Assembly (NCBI RefSeq): GCF_964355755.1
Contig: NC_092671.1
Location: forward strand, 39,442,304-39,506,303
Direction of reading: 5' to 3'
DNA length: 64,000 nucleotides
From: Antedon mediterranea
Taxonomy: Eukaryota; Animalia; Echinodermata
The position numbers were made by a program, and so were the translations under genes. Positions 25,164-37,664 of this stretch are shown in pieces. Numbering within the stretch: position 1 is the first letter of the stretch; each line of letters starts with the position of its first letter. Below the pieces are notes generated by a model. The model ran no database searches. It saw nothing but the letters and a program-made list of their open reading frames with translations, and had not been told where the DNA came from.

Positions 25164-28100
25164 ATGAATTTAGAATCGTTTTTTAAAGACAATGGCTATT
25201 GTCCAAATAAATATTCCAAAGATATAAGTGAAATCCAAACATTTGCTTCTACGCATTATGCACAAAAGAATAAGATTGTTTTAGTTACTGTAAGTTAGTT
25301 TTACCGATTCTAAGCTAGGCCTAGGCTAGTATTAGGGGCCACATAATACAAGCAGTACACATGGTGAACGGGTGGCGAGGGGTAACGGCCTGGTTGCTGA
25401 TAGTGTTGTTACCAAGAGAGACCTGATGGGCCTAGCCAAAAAAATTTGTTGTGTCTAATGTCACGTCCGGCTATATTAAACTGAATAGCAATTCTGTTTA
25501 TTTAAAACTCCTGGTCAATGTCAAAATATAATTATATTAATGGTTTGCTAATTATATTGTTATTGCAAAGAAAATGTTTACACTCTTCGTCTCTATCTAG
25601 TCTACAAAAATGTAATGATGATTGACAATCTCAAAATAAGGTATAATTTATTTAATTTATTCTCTCTAGGGCCCATACCTAACTAAGCAATAACTCAAGT
25701 TCTTTGTTTATTATGTCAAAATATTTTAAATTTCTCAACAGTCTGGAGGAACAGCAATTCCATTGGAAAGTCAAGCTGTTCGGTATATTGAGAACTTTAG
25801 TAGTGGGCACCGTGGCGCTGCATCTGCCGAGTATCCTTGTATTAGTAGTACACAGATACTTTAATTCAATTCATTTTCCACATACTACAACTACTACAAC
25901 CAAGGAAATGGAGGATACATAAGATCTGTGCAGAGCATAGATCTGTAATAAGCTACTGTAATAAATGGTTCCAGAACGATTCGGCCCTTAGACGATTCGG
26001 CCCATTACTGTAATAAACAATCTTAGAAAATAAGGCAATAATAAACATAAAAGCAGTGAATAAATAAGTAAATAAATAAATAAGTAAATAAATAAATAAG
26101 GCAGTATACCATAATACAATTTCCATATATATTGTATGATATACTTGCTGTACTCAGCAAGTTTGGTGGAGTCATCACAGTTTAAATTTCTTCCAACCAA
26201 CATTCTTACATCGTATTCCAAAAGTCATCTTTAAAATAAGACACCGCAGATTGGGTGCTGCCGGCCAATTTAATCGTCACACAGAAAACGCAGCAAGCAG
26301 ATTTCTGCTCGGGAACCCAAACATGGATTATCAGGTGCACAAAACAAAACATACGTCAAGGTCCTTCTTGAGGATAACAGCTTAGGAAATATATCTGAAC
26401 TTGCTTGTGTCATGGAGGACCGCAAAACTTCTAGCTATGCTGATGTCTGATTGATGAAGATGGTCGACTGCGGTCGATATATGATGACATCCTATCCAAC
26501 CACAATTGTCAGAAATTTTGTTTTAAATTACAGGTTATTCTAAGGAGGTTAACAACTTCATATTTAAAGATTATTCCTCTCAACAACATATTTAAAGCTC
26601 TGTCCACACTATCAAACTAGTTTGAAGAAAAAAAGTTTGATGTGCCCAAATACGGTAGTGATATGACATCATCATGCCCATATGGGCACATTACATTTTT
26701 TTTTTCATTCATAAAGTTTAATAGTGTGGACAGAGCTTTAGATACATTCTATCAGAAGGCTATGGGGTTATATTTTTTAAGTTAAATAGTTTTAAAGTTA
26801 ACAACTTTATACCATCAGATTTTATATTATCAAAAGATTATTCCTCAACAAAATTTATCAGATATTTTTTATCAGAAGGCTATGGCGTCATATTCTTATA
26901 CCGACAGGGATCTCTGAGACCCTATAGTAGACACTTTAAAGTAGGAAATGTTTTGGATCTGTTAACAATTAGTAAAGAATGCAGAAATGGCTCTACTGTA
27001 CAAGGTAAGACAAATGTTGATATAGGCAACAAAGTAAAATAGTACCAATATTATCTGTCTCACAAAAATAAGGTTTATCGCAAATAGCGTGCATGACGCA
27101 TGGTGGGAAGGATTTGGAAGCAAATGTCATGACGTGTTCGTACATGATTTGTTGTTTGTACGTACTCGCCGTGACGTTTTCTCCGAAACCCTTCTTATCA
27201 TGCATTGCGCAATGACGTTCCTCGCGAAATTAACCTATTTGCAATAAACATTATGGTTGCTATCATTTCATAAGTGGGCACTCCTGACAAATGATTTGAA
27301 AATATTGATTTTATGTTTCAGTTGATTCGACTAAGATGCCTGATCTGGCCACCATTGTTCAGGCCTACCACACATCAAAGGACGCAGGGAGGCTGCTAGA
27401 AGTTAGCTATCATAGTCTTGTTGATTACATTGCCTTGTTGAAAGCATCTAGCGAAGCAGTGCATGTACTGGGTTCATCCGCTATGTTCTACCTTGCAGCT
27501 GCGGTGTCAGATTTCTACATTCCACTAACTCATATGGTAAGAAAATGAAATATGGTTTAACATATTTTATTTTTAGTTTGTGAATATTAATAAATGTATG
27601 GAATAAATGTGAGAGTGTTTGTAAACGTGAAAATGTCATAGCAGTTTTTGATATTAAAAAGATACAGTGGGTGCCTAGTGTACAGCAGTGTATGGTTCAA
27701 TAGAACAGTACAGTGGCTGATCCAGGATTTTGAAATAGGGATGGGAGGTGCATTAAAATGGTGAAATGAAGGGCTGAGCTTAATTGGATGTCCTATCTTT
27801 TGCATTACAATTTGAGGGAAAATTTGCGAAAATCCCCTGAGACAATGCTGCATATAGTAATATACTGTAGGTAGGATTGCTAATTTCAACTACCTGTATG
27901 CAGTCACGTTCAAATTATTTGGGGATTTTTTTATCTAATTTTTCAAAGTTTTTTTGAATAATAAATAATTAGATTATGAAATAAAAAATAAATGCAAATT
28001 AAAATGTAGTAAGTTGCTATCCTGTTACTTTTGAAAAAAATCCCAAAATGATTAAATTTAATTCGTTTTGTGGTTTAGATGCTAAGCTTGACCTCAATTA

Positions 28101-31100
28101 TAAGATCCTGCAATGCACAGACTAAGGCGGCATCCTCTCAATATGTTCTTGTTTTAAGTTATTAACACGATTCAATGACCAAATCCTGAGCCGTCTACAT
28201 CCCCTCAATAATATTCTTGTTAAGGACGTTATCTCGTGAGTTTATATACATCATACTGTTCTTAGAAAAAGATAAACATTTGGCTGTGAGTCTTATGAGT
28301 AAACAGATTTAGACTAATTCTTTTTTTTTTAATTTGATTTTCATAATTATGTGTTTAAATGTATCCTGTTTATTTCTTGTATGTACTTGTATTTGTCAAA
28401 CTGACAATTTTTACCATGAAATTGCGATTTCTTTTTTCCAATAAATCGCAATTTGATAGAAAAGAGACATTTTAATGCCAATTCCTTCCAGACTTACATT
28501 GATTTCTTCACAATTTTATGCACTGAATAAGGACCCTGAAATTTTAAAAAAATGTGACAAAAAAATGTGCCCATGTATGGACATGATGATGTCATATCAC
28601 TACCATATTTAAGCTTATCAATACCATATTTGGGCATATCACACATTTTTGTAAAACTAGCTTTGATAATAATATTTTGATTGATGGTCTACCCATGGAG
28701 TAACTCCATGGTCTACCCTATATAAGGGTATGTTCAGACTCACGGAGTTACGGTGGAGTTATCTACGCAAGGCGTACGGTAATCCGTGGCGTTAAAAGCC
28801 AAGGTGTTCAGACAACGATCAACATTCCAATGCCTTGCGTTTAAAACACTCTGATCAGGTCAAAGCAGATAGAACTATATGTATACATTCATGACAATGC
28901 ATGAAAGTTTACATCCTTTACATTGTTTTTTTTATTTTTATTTATATAATGTTTACTTTCAAATATACTGATTTGTTCTTACTACTTGTAGAATTGCATT
29001 TTAATTCAAAATAATTTAAAACGTAATTATTACATGGACAATTATCTGATTAATTGATTTAATTTATGAAAATATCATATTACTGACGCCAACTTTACTG
29101 TTCTTTAAAATCTGAACCTGAAAATACATTTGACATAGCTATTTCGCTGTCGTATCATGCTAATCGTGGTCATGTATTTTCATTGGTTAAGGTTAAAATC
29201 ACTGATGCATCACTGGATTAGCGTTATGAAATCTACCCTCTCCCGCTAGAGTTATTAACACCACTGGCGCGGATTAACAGCTTCCTAACGCTAATCCGTG
29301 GCATGGTTCAGACACAAAAATATGTACGCCGCTTACATAACTCCACCGTAACTCTGTGAGTCTGAACATACCCTTAGTTAGAATACTGGACATGCAAGTG
29401 ACCCTATTAATTTATAATTAATGGTCAGCTAATGATAAGTATAAGCTTAACACAATTTAAGGCCATGGTCATTCTATAGTAGGTTTTTAGAGGACATGAC
29501 CCAATTAATTGAGGATTAGGTGTCCTCTGCCCCAACCCCAGCTTATACTCATTACTCAGTAGAGTAGTAATGATCAACAGTCTGTTGTCAGAGGAAATTC
29601 AATTTTCTCCGCTCTTCTCGTAGGTTTACCTCTTAAGATCACCATAAGGCTTATTTCCTGATCTGTCAATATTGTCCTATTGTTGTTTAAACTCAAGCAC
29701 CTTTCATTAGTAATACCAGTCATTCACACTACCTTATGATAACCAGATGTATCATTAAAAACACATCTTTTATTTATTAATATTAGTTACTTAGCTTATA
29801 CAATTTATAAAATTCCCAGATTTATATACTTTAGTTGTATAAAACCTTGTTTAAAGCCTTGTCTACACTATCAAACTTTATGTGACAAAAAAATGTGATT
29901 TGCCCATATAATAATAATAATAATAATAATTTATTTGGAAAACGCTTTTTGAACAGCGGCACACATAATAATGGTGCATCCTTAAAACAATTAAACATAC
30001 AATATAAAAATATATGAGTATAAAAATAAAGATAGACTAGATTAAAACAGATAATACTCAGATAAAACGGAAGTTCGATAAAACCAAATTAAAAATAAAC
30101 TGTAATACTAAAACCAATTAAATGCAACCCACATACATAAGCTTGGACACTAAATTAGCATATCAATTAGTATATGAACAAAGGAATATACAGTACTTAG
30201 AATCTATGTTAAGATATACACATTCTTGATACACAGTGTCTACCAGCAAAAATAATAAGGAACAATAGGAACCCAAATTAGGGACATCAATAAACAGGAA
30301 AGCATAGATTAAATTATTTCAGCTGTGGTGAATTATTTGATGACTGTAAACAGAATTGATATAAAAAAAAAAGAAAAAGAACATAGAACAAAGAAGTAAG
30401 ATAACTAAACCAACTTACATACAATAAAAAATATAAAAAATCATTCGATAATGTTAGACTTTATACGTTGTCTAAAGGCCCATGCTTTCTTAAGATATGA
30501 TTTGCAGAATTTATCAAGAATGTCATGGGCTTTGTTTACCATTAATCGACATTGTTGGAATGAGAACAGAACAATCACCACCAAGTATAATCATTAAGAT
30601 AACCTCTGAATTATTTAACTGGAGACGGTGAATTCCATAGATCTGAAAGACCAGAATCATTAAGGTTTTGTTCCAAGCATTCAAATTCTGAAATTCGCAC
30701 TTGTAGTACTTTACAATTTAACATAAAATGATATAAATCTTCAGGTTCATCCTTACATAACATACAATTACCAGTATTATTCATATCCCATTTACTTAAT
30801 CTACTTTCAAGTTGAAGAGTATTTGACCTTGCCTTAAATTTCAATTGAGCACCATGAAAATCAGTTTTAACAGTAAGATAATTTTCTAACTTAAATTTAA
30901 CATAAAGTGATAATGATAGTTTGGTACAGCTTTTATTAAACCAATCCAATTCATACATTTGACGATTAACACACTTAAAAGATTTAAACCATGCTGAATC
31001 TATAGGTATGTTATTTGAAAATACATGATTAAATCCAGTATTATTCAGAATACTTTTAATTGAGTTTAACCATCGCCATTTTATTAGGTGATCATTTAGA

Positions 31101-34100
31101 AAAAAATGATCACCTATTGTTATTGTATGAAATCTTTATTATTATTATTATTATTATTTTTTTTCTTTTTATTGTTTCTGTACACTATTTTGTGTAACAA
31201 TTATCTCAAAAAGTTTAAAGACCCCTTCCCTGCAATTTTGGACGTTTTTTGGAAAATAATACATATATATCACTTTAAAAACATTAAACCATGTCATTCC
31301 TTGTCTTAAATGTACGTTTTATGGTAAATTATGATAAAAAGTGAGAAACAATGCACTACCTAAGTAGCTCGCGGCGATCGACCTCTCGTGGACGGTCTTA
31401 GGCCTAGCCTAGCTAGGCTTAGTTTTGTAGGCCTAGCTGGTAAACATCGGTAACGTACGAACATCGTACGCGAGCTATATACCTAGCCTGACGTTGTATA
31501 GTTGCTGCATTAATTGTCTTTCTATTTTTGCAAGACTCCGTTGATACAAATTGGGGAAAACCCGGTATTTTCGCTGAAAAGTTAGGAGTCTTCCATTTGT
31601 TTTGGCCTCACGATCGATCGAAAAGTGGGCGAATTACAGGTGAAAAACAAAAATATCAATCCGCGCGCAATGCATTTTGGGATTTATAGCGAGCCGCTAT
31701 AATTATTAGAATCGACTTATTTTTCACATTTTTAACCGTTTAAAGACGAAAAAAGTTATCGCAATAGGACCATATAGTATTATTTTTACATTAAATATAG
31801 TTTGTGATCTTAAATTAGATCTAAAAAACGTAGGGAATGGGGCTTTAATGTCAATGATTACCAAAATTTCAGAATATCTTTCAAATAATATAACTTAATC
31901 CTAATCAGCTTTCCAGCGTGATCACTCATCCGTGACGTCATTTATACGCCATTTTGTGAAATCACATTATCAATCATATCTCCATAACTCATTATGACAT
32001 ATTAATGAAATTCACTACAGGTAAACTTCAGGTCAAGGGTAAAAATATTATCAAATAAAAAGTTGCGCATTTCAAGGTCATGCACGTGAAATCGCGCATT
32101 AAAAATTTAAAACGCGCAAAATTAGGTTTTGATCAATTTAGAGCATGAATTAGGCCATTTGCGCGTTTCAAAAAATTACTGCGCAAAAATGCGTTTTTGT
32201 GCGCACGTTTCTTAAAATGCGTAAAAAAATAAAATTTGATGTATAAATCACATTCTACTCACAATCCTTAGTACATTCACCAATTTTGAGTCCATTCCGA
32301 CTTAAAATAACGCTATACGAGCACGTTAAAAATGACAAAATGCGCACACTAATTGTACAAAAGTGCTAAAAATGGTAAAAAATAAGGACTTTTTAAAATG
32401 AATATAACTCTTCAGAATGGCAGATGACCCCCAATTTTTTTAACTTATTATGGAAGCCAATAAGTTGTAGATACAAATGTATATACACATTAGACGTACA
32501 AAATGGTATGACGTCATCAAATGGCCACTTGAATTTAAAAATTAGGAATTTTTATCTTTTTGTGTGGGTTATCACATTCAATAGAGCGCATCTCCGTTAT
32601 TTGAGCCCGATTTTCGCACAACTTTTAGTATGTGCTTACTCAATTAATTATTCTTCTAATGAGTTGTCAACATTTTTATTTTGATGACGTCATCACGCGT
32701 AAAAACTTGAATAACCTAGGTCGTGTAATTTCAGCTACACCATACATTTGAATATCTTATAGCTCTTCAGAATTAAAGGTGACCTTGAAGATTATAACTT
32801 ATTATGAAAGCTGATGAAATGTAGATATGAATTCATATAAAATTAAGCCTATCGGATGTTGTGATGTTATCATATGGCCAGTTGAAGTTAAAAAGTAGTT
32901 TTTAAATTTCTTTAGTCAAAGTTATACAAATTTCAAAGACCGCGCATTGCGCTTCTACGTGTCAAATTTTCTTCCAATCCTTATATTTATTTGTTCAATT
33001 CATTATCTTTCGAAATCGTCATCTTCGAGTTTATTTTGAAAATTCCATCATACCAAAAAATTAGAACACGATATGAGTCCCGTAATTTCACCTATGCTAC
33101 ACTGTATATAGATATACAGTATATACTGTACATATTGTATGACACATAATAGGTAGAGCTCAGCACTATAAGTGTATATGCATCATGTCATAGGATGGCG
33201 TACATCAACTTTTAACGATCGTATGTTAACGTACATGCATGTTTAACAAATGTTAATTTTATTAAAATGATAAAAATGATCACCTATAATTCGTCAAAGT
33301 GACGAATTAAATTCTAGTATTAACATTATTGTCATGCAAGGTAAATAATGCATGCAACAGCAGCTTTGGCCAACGATGGGCTTCTAAGTTGATAAGCCTG
33401 TCAAAATATTTAATTTTTATTTCATTATGGGTATTTTCAATGCTATCCCATCCTAAGTCACCCAACAGAGCCAATGATGGCGTGTTCCTCGGTGCTTTTA
33501 GTAGTGTTTTAGCCATTTGTAGCTGAATGTTTTCGATTTTTTTGTAATCACTGGCACAATAAGCTGATATTGCACAAGTGAAGGTAGTGCTATAGTTTTC
33601 CACAAGATATTACCAAAATAAATCCTATTAAAATCTTCTTGCTCATTAATAATGGACTTGATATATCCAATTATATAATAACTACATCATTAACATGTAT
33701 ACTTTCGGAGAAGTTTCTTGAAATATTCACTCCCAAGTATTTGTAACAATCTACTTCTTTGATGAAGTGGTTTACAAGAGGCCATTGTTTAGTTTTATTA
33801 GTACGTTTACCAACAACCACAACATTTGATTTGTCATAATTAAAGTTAAGTTTCCATTTTTTGGAGAAAATTCCAGCGATAGATAACATTTTCTCCAGAT
33901 CATTTTCATCTTTAGCAATCAAGACAACGTCGTCAGCCCAAAAAAGACAGCTAATTTTTGTGCCTAAAGTATGACATCCGACATTTTCATTATATAACAT
34001 TTTGGAGAGTTCATTTATAAAAATACAGAATAAGGTCGGTGATAATACGCAGCCTTGCTTAACCCCTTCATCGACATCAAAATAATCAGTTACAATATCA

Positions 34101-37100
34101 CCAAACTTAACATTACATTTGACATTTGTATAAAGTTTATCAATAATTTTCCAGACTTTACCACGGATACCAGTATTCCATGCTATTGACAAAAGGCCAT
34201 TACGCCAAACCGTGTCAAAAGCCTTACGGAAATCCAGGAAGGCTAAGTATGTTAACTTATTTTCCGCATTTCGCATAGCCAATATGCTTTTAAGTGTAAA
34301 TATGTGGTCCTCACATCTATGATTTTTCCTAAAGCCTCCCTAGATTTCCGTAAGAATACTATTACTCTCAAGAAATTCTGAGATACGATCACAAATAATA
34401 CGATTGAAAATTTTAGCAACACATAATGATAATGTGATACCTCTATAGTTATTTAAATCGTTCTTGCTACCTTTTTTATGGATAGGTATAATGATCCCTT
34501 TATTCCACACTCGGTGGGAATATTCTCTGATTTAACAAAATAGTTAAAAAGATATGTAAGTGACCTAATAAGGCAGTCACCTCCGTTCTTTAACAATTCG
34601 TTAGTGATGCCATCAACACCAGGTGCTTTATTGTTTTTAGAACGAAGTATTGAACTTTTAACATCTTCAAATGAAATTCTTATATCATCCAGTACTTTTT
34701 GTGGATCATCATTAACATAATTTATATAATTTTCCCTAACATCAGAAACATGACTATTGATAACTATATCATTATAAGTATTGACACCAGTTTGATTACC
34801 CAAGTTACTCCAATAAATTTTAATCAAGTTAGCCATAACCTGTTTGTCTGAGGTAACTTGTGTAGAGTCGGGAATTTTTAGGTTAGAAGGAACAATTACC
34901 TTCTTAGGACCCCTTAATTCGTTCCAAAAGTCTTTAGAACTCTGACCACCTGCTTTCGCTATGGCAACACTTTTGTCAACTTTCAATTGCATCATTTTAT
35001 TTTTTATTAAATTTTTCGCTTGAGTTTTTTTCATTTTATAATCCTTCCATAAAGCATCCCCCTTATCAAGATCTGTCCTATTATGTTTAGACCATGCACG
35101 ATGCTCCTTACAAGCACGTTTACGTTCTTGAATGGCAGTGTCTATTGTCTTATTCCACCATTGTTTACTTTTGATTTTAACATCCTTAAAGCCAATTGTA
35201 TTATTAGTAACTGAAAAAAGAGTATCTTTCCATTTTTCCCAACCATAATTTATATCACTAATATCCTCAAGGTTATTATTAAACCAAATGTTGTCAAATT
35301 TATCAATAATTGAATTTTTGTAAGCAGACCAGTCTTGATCGCTTTTAATATTCCAAACTTGTCGTTTATTATCATTCGAATTTTTTACATTAGTATTATA
35401 TTCAAATTTAAGATAGGCTAGTAGCACATTATGGTCACTACCCATGTGGTAGTTTCTTTCCTCATCAATGACCATTTAATGTATAAATTTATCGACACTA
35501 CACGAGGAAAGCACATAATCAATGCAGCTTGAGTGTGGGTGTCTAAACCAAGTTATCTTTCCAAAACATTTTTGTGAGCAGTTTAGAATATTTAGCCCTG
35601 TGTCAATACTAAAATTTATCAAACGCTCTCCATTAGAATTAATTATGGGATCACCATTACTTACATTATTACCTATTCTGCCATTAAAATCGCCTACAAT
35701 TAAGATAAGTGGGTCACAATTTTCAACTTCATTTTCAATTTGAATTATTTCAGAGAGTAGTTGGTTATATAGTTCATCAGCAAGGTCAGGATTAGACCCC
35801 TCTACTGGAAAATATACCACAGCAATATTAAGCAATTTATCACAAATTTTAACACGAATCCAACATCTCTCAATGTCATCACAAAACGAATCATAAAGAT
35901 TATCATCTAAAACAGTTACTTTATCTGAGACAAGTAGGCCAATACCCCCTCACCCTTTTCCTACTCTATTTTTACCATACCATTTAAAACCATTTATCCT
36001 TATAGACTCATTTGATTTAAGAAAAGTTTCGGCAATACCAAATATGTCAATTTTACAATTAATTAAAAAATTCTTAATTTCATATAATTTGTTTTTGATT
36101 CTGTTAACATTATTGAATGCAATATTTATGCCAATGTTAGAGTTAGTATTAGTGTTAATATTTTTACGGTTACCACGTCTAATCCGTTTTTGTTTAGCAT
36201 TAGTATGCCACCTGTTGTTGTTGGATGTGTCGATGTAGTCTTTGATATTGCCGGCATAATCATATATAGACATGATGATGTCACTACCATATTTGGGCCA
36301 TGCTTTTTTGTCAAACTAGTTTGATAGTGTAGACAGAGCTTTACACAGTAAGTCAAATTTAAAAAATTGCTCTAAAGAACTAATTCACTGTTTTGTTGAA
36401 TACGGTTGCTATTTTTAAATTCCTGTTGACAATCTTTTCTTTAAATTGTGTTTTTTCAGGTAAATATTTATTTCCGATAACTTTTTTGGTAAAAGGTAAA
36501 AAACCGATATTGTGTGACATTAAAGTGTTAATTTAACCAAAAAATTGTTTAGAAATTATTTTTTTAAGGGGAAAATATTAAATATTAACTAGCAAAAACA
36601 TTTTAATATAATTTAGAAAAAAGTACTATCTAATTTCCTGTAGAAACTAACATAGGGCCTACAGGCTGTTGGAAAAATACTATTAATAGACAGTTCTAAA
36701 AAAGTGTACGATGGTTGAAGACTATCATGACACACACGTGTACTATGCATGCAATATTGCTGCTTATGCAGTTGGTTTAATATTCACATGTATATCACAT
36801 GGTTGCTAGCGTACACTGATTATGTATGCCAGATTGACTTTTAGATTGGTTTAAATATGAGGCATCTTCGTTTTAAGCTCATATTTGAATCAATAAATTT
36901 CTTTTATTTCGGAAATATTTCATCAATATACAAACAGAAAAGGAAAAAAAGAAAATCTGCAAACTCTAAGCTTAAATATATAGAATACTTCTCCATCTAC
37001 AATACATAAGTTATGGAGCATATGTTTGCAAACACAAGCAACAAGAATATTATCTATCGATAGATTTTCGCATATGCATATACTTTTCTAAAGCTGTGTA

Positions 37101-37664
37101 TACACTATCAAACTAGTTTGACAAAAAAAGTGTGATGTGCCCAAATATGGTAGTGATATGTCCAAATATAATAGTGATATAACATCCATATTTGGGCATA
37201 TCAAATTTTGTTGTCACATAAAGTTTGATAGTGTGGACAGAGCTTTAGACGTGTAGATGAGTACAAGTAAAACAGCATTTCTTTTCCTATCTTTTCAGCA
37301 AAAACACAAGATACAGTCATCCACAGGGCCGCTTGAACTGGCCTTACATCAGGTGCCCAAGTTTCTAAGAGCTCTGGTCACTAAATGGTCACCTCAAGCT
37401 TTTGTAGTTACTTTCAAACTAGAAACGGACGAAGCTATATTAATGGACAAAGCGCTTGGCGCTCTTACCAAATATGGTCATCAACTCGTGATTGCAAACA
37501 TTTTACACGAAAGACGATACAGAGTTGTCGTGGTGACAAAAGAAGAACAAAAAGAACTTTTACTTAGTGACGATGAACAAAAAGAAAAGAAAGATATTGA
37601 ACAGAAACTAATCAGAGATATATGTATACGACATACGCATTATTATAAGGGAACTGAGGTGTAA
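25164..37664 (+). CDS. PPCS: Phosphopantothenate--cysteine ligase (CoA biosynthesis), 5 coding exons, ~312 aa
   Basis: Exons 25164-25289 (an in-frame upstream ATG also exists at 25095), 25742-25830, 26862-27004, 27322-27536, 37299-37664. Motifs [74 protein letters not shown] match eukaryotic PPCS. Confidence 0.93.
26220..26490 (+). mobile_element. Degenerate 3' fragment of an RTE-clade LINE
   Basis: Translates, with a frameshift, as [31 protein letters not shown]...[27 protein letters not shown], resembling the RTE ORF C-terminus. Confidence 0.6.
26596..26737. mobile_element. MITE family A (PIF/Harbinger-like), full-length copy
   Basis: TIR agctctgtccacactatcaaact / agtttaatagtgtggacagagct; TAA/TTA flanks. 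Confidence 0.85.
27711..27845. mobile_element. hAT-like MITE end fragment; second copy at ~62625-62755
   Basis: The two sites share (c/t)ag.ggc.gatccaggattttgaaatag...gtgaaatgaa.ggctgagcttaatt.gatgtc.tatcttttgcattacaatttg. Confidence 0.55.
28726..29373. mobile_element. Harbinger-like non-autonomous element (~650 bp)
   Basis: ~37-bp near-perfect TIR gggtatgttcagactcacggagttacggtggagttat / ataactccaccgtaactctgtgagtctgaacataccc; TAA/TTA flanks. Confidence 0.85.
31081..33311 (+). mobile_element. Non-autonomous Helentron/DINE-1-like rolling-circle element (~2.2 kb) inside the LINE
   Basis: 5' subTIR taggtgatcattt (31085-31097) with a nearby inverted copy (31104-31116) and a (tta)n microsatellite. 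3' subTIR aaatgatcaccta (33274-33286) followed by the hairpin taattcgtca-aag-tgacgaatta. Inserted in a T run with no TSD. Confidence 0.8.
31219..31844. mobile_element. Kolobok-like TTAA element (626 bp) nested in the Helentron-like element
   Basis: TTAA at 31215-31218 and 31845-31848; TIR agaccccttccctgc / gtagggaatggggct. Confidence 0.7.
36895..37075 (-). repeat. Second copy of the LINE-like 3' fragment at 4458-4690
   Basis: Reverse-complement similarity over ~170 bp. Confidence 0.6.
37092..37244. mobile_element. MITE family A copy
   Basis: Family TIRs with TAA/TTA flanks, ~55 nt upstream of the last PPCS acceptor. Confidence 0.85.

Larger units (their letters stand above)
25831..26861 (+). 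other. U12-type (minor spliceosome) GT-AG intron, PPCS intron 2
   Basis: 5' site GTATCCTTG; branch sequence TTCCTCAAC at 26841-26849, ~12 nt before the AG; no polypyrimidine tract. The phase-2 junction restores SAE-YFL. Confidence 0.85.
29911..36260 (-). mobile_element. Non-LTR retrotransposon (APE endonuclease + RT, RTEX-like), 5'-truncated and pseudogenised
   Basis: ORF fragments show APE motifs (FNNVNRI, GIAETFL, VGDFN, GSDH), RT motifs ([39 protein letters not shown]) and a C-terminal CxxC...H...C. It has a (TTA)n tail at 29911-29930, a CATATA target duplication, and internal stops and frameshifts. The clade assignment is tentative. Confidence 0.92.
29855..36340. mobile_element. MITE family A copy split into halves (29855-29910 and 36261-36340) by a LINE insertion
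   Basis: The left half ends ...gcccatata and the right half begins catatatagacatgatgatg...; together they rebuild the family consensus. Confidence 0.85.

Noticed and set aside
33920-33945. WADD instead of YADD in the LINE reverse transcriptase
   Set aside because: Aromatic variation at this position occurs in non-LTR RTs, and this copy is a dead pseudogene.
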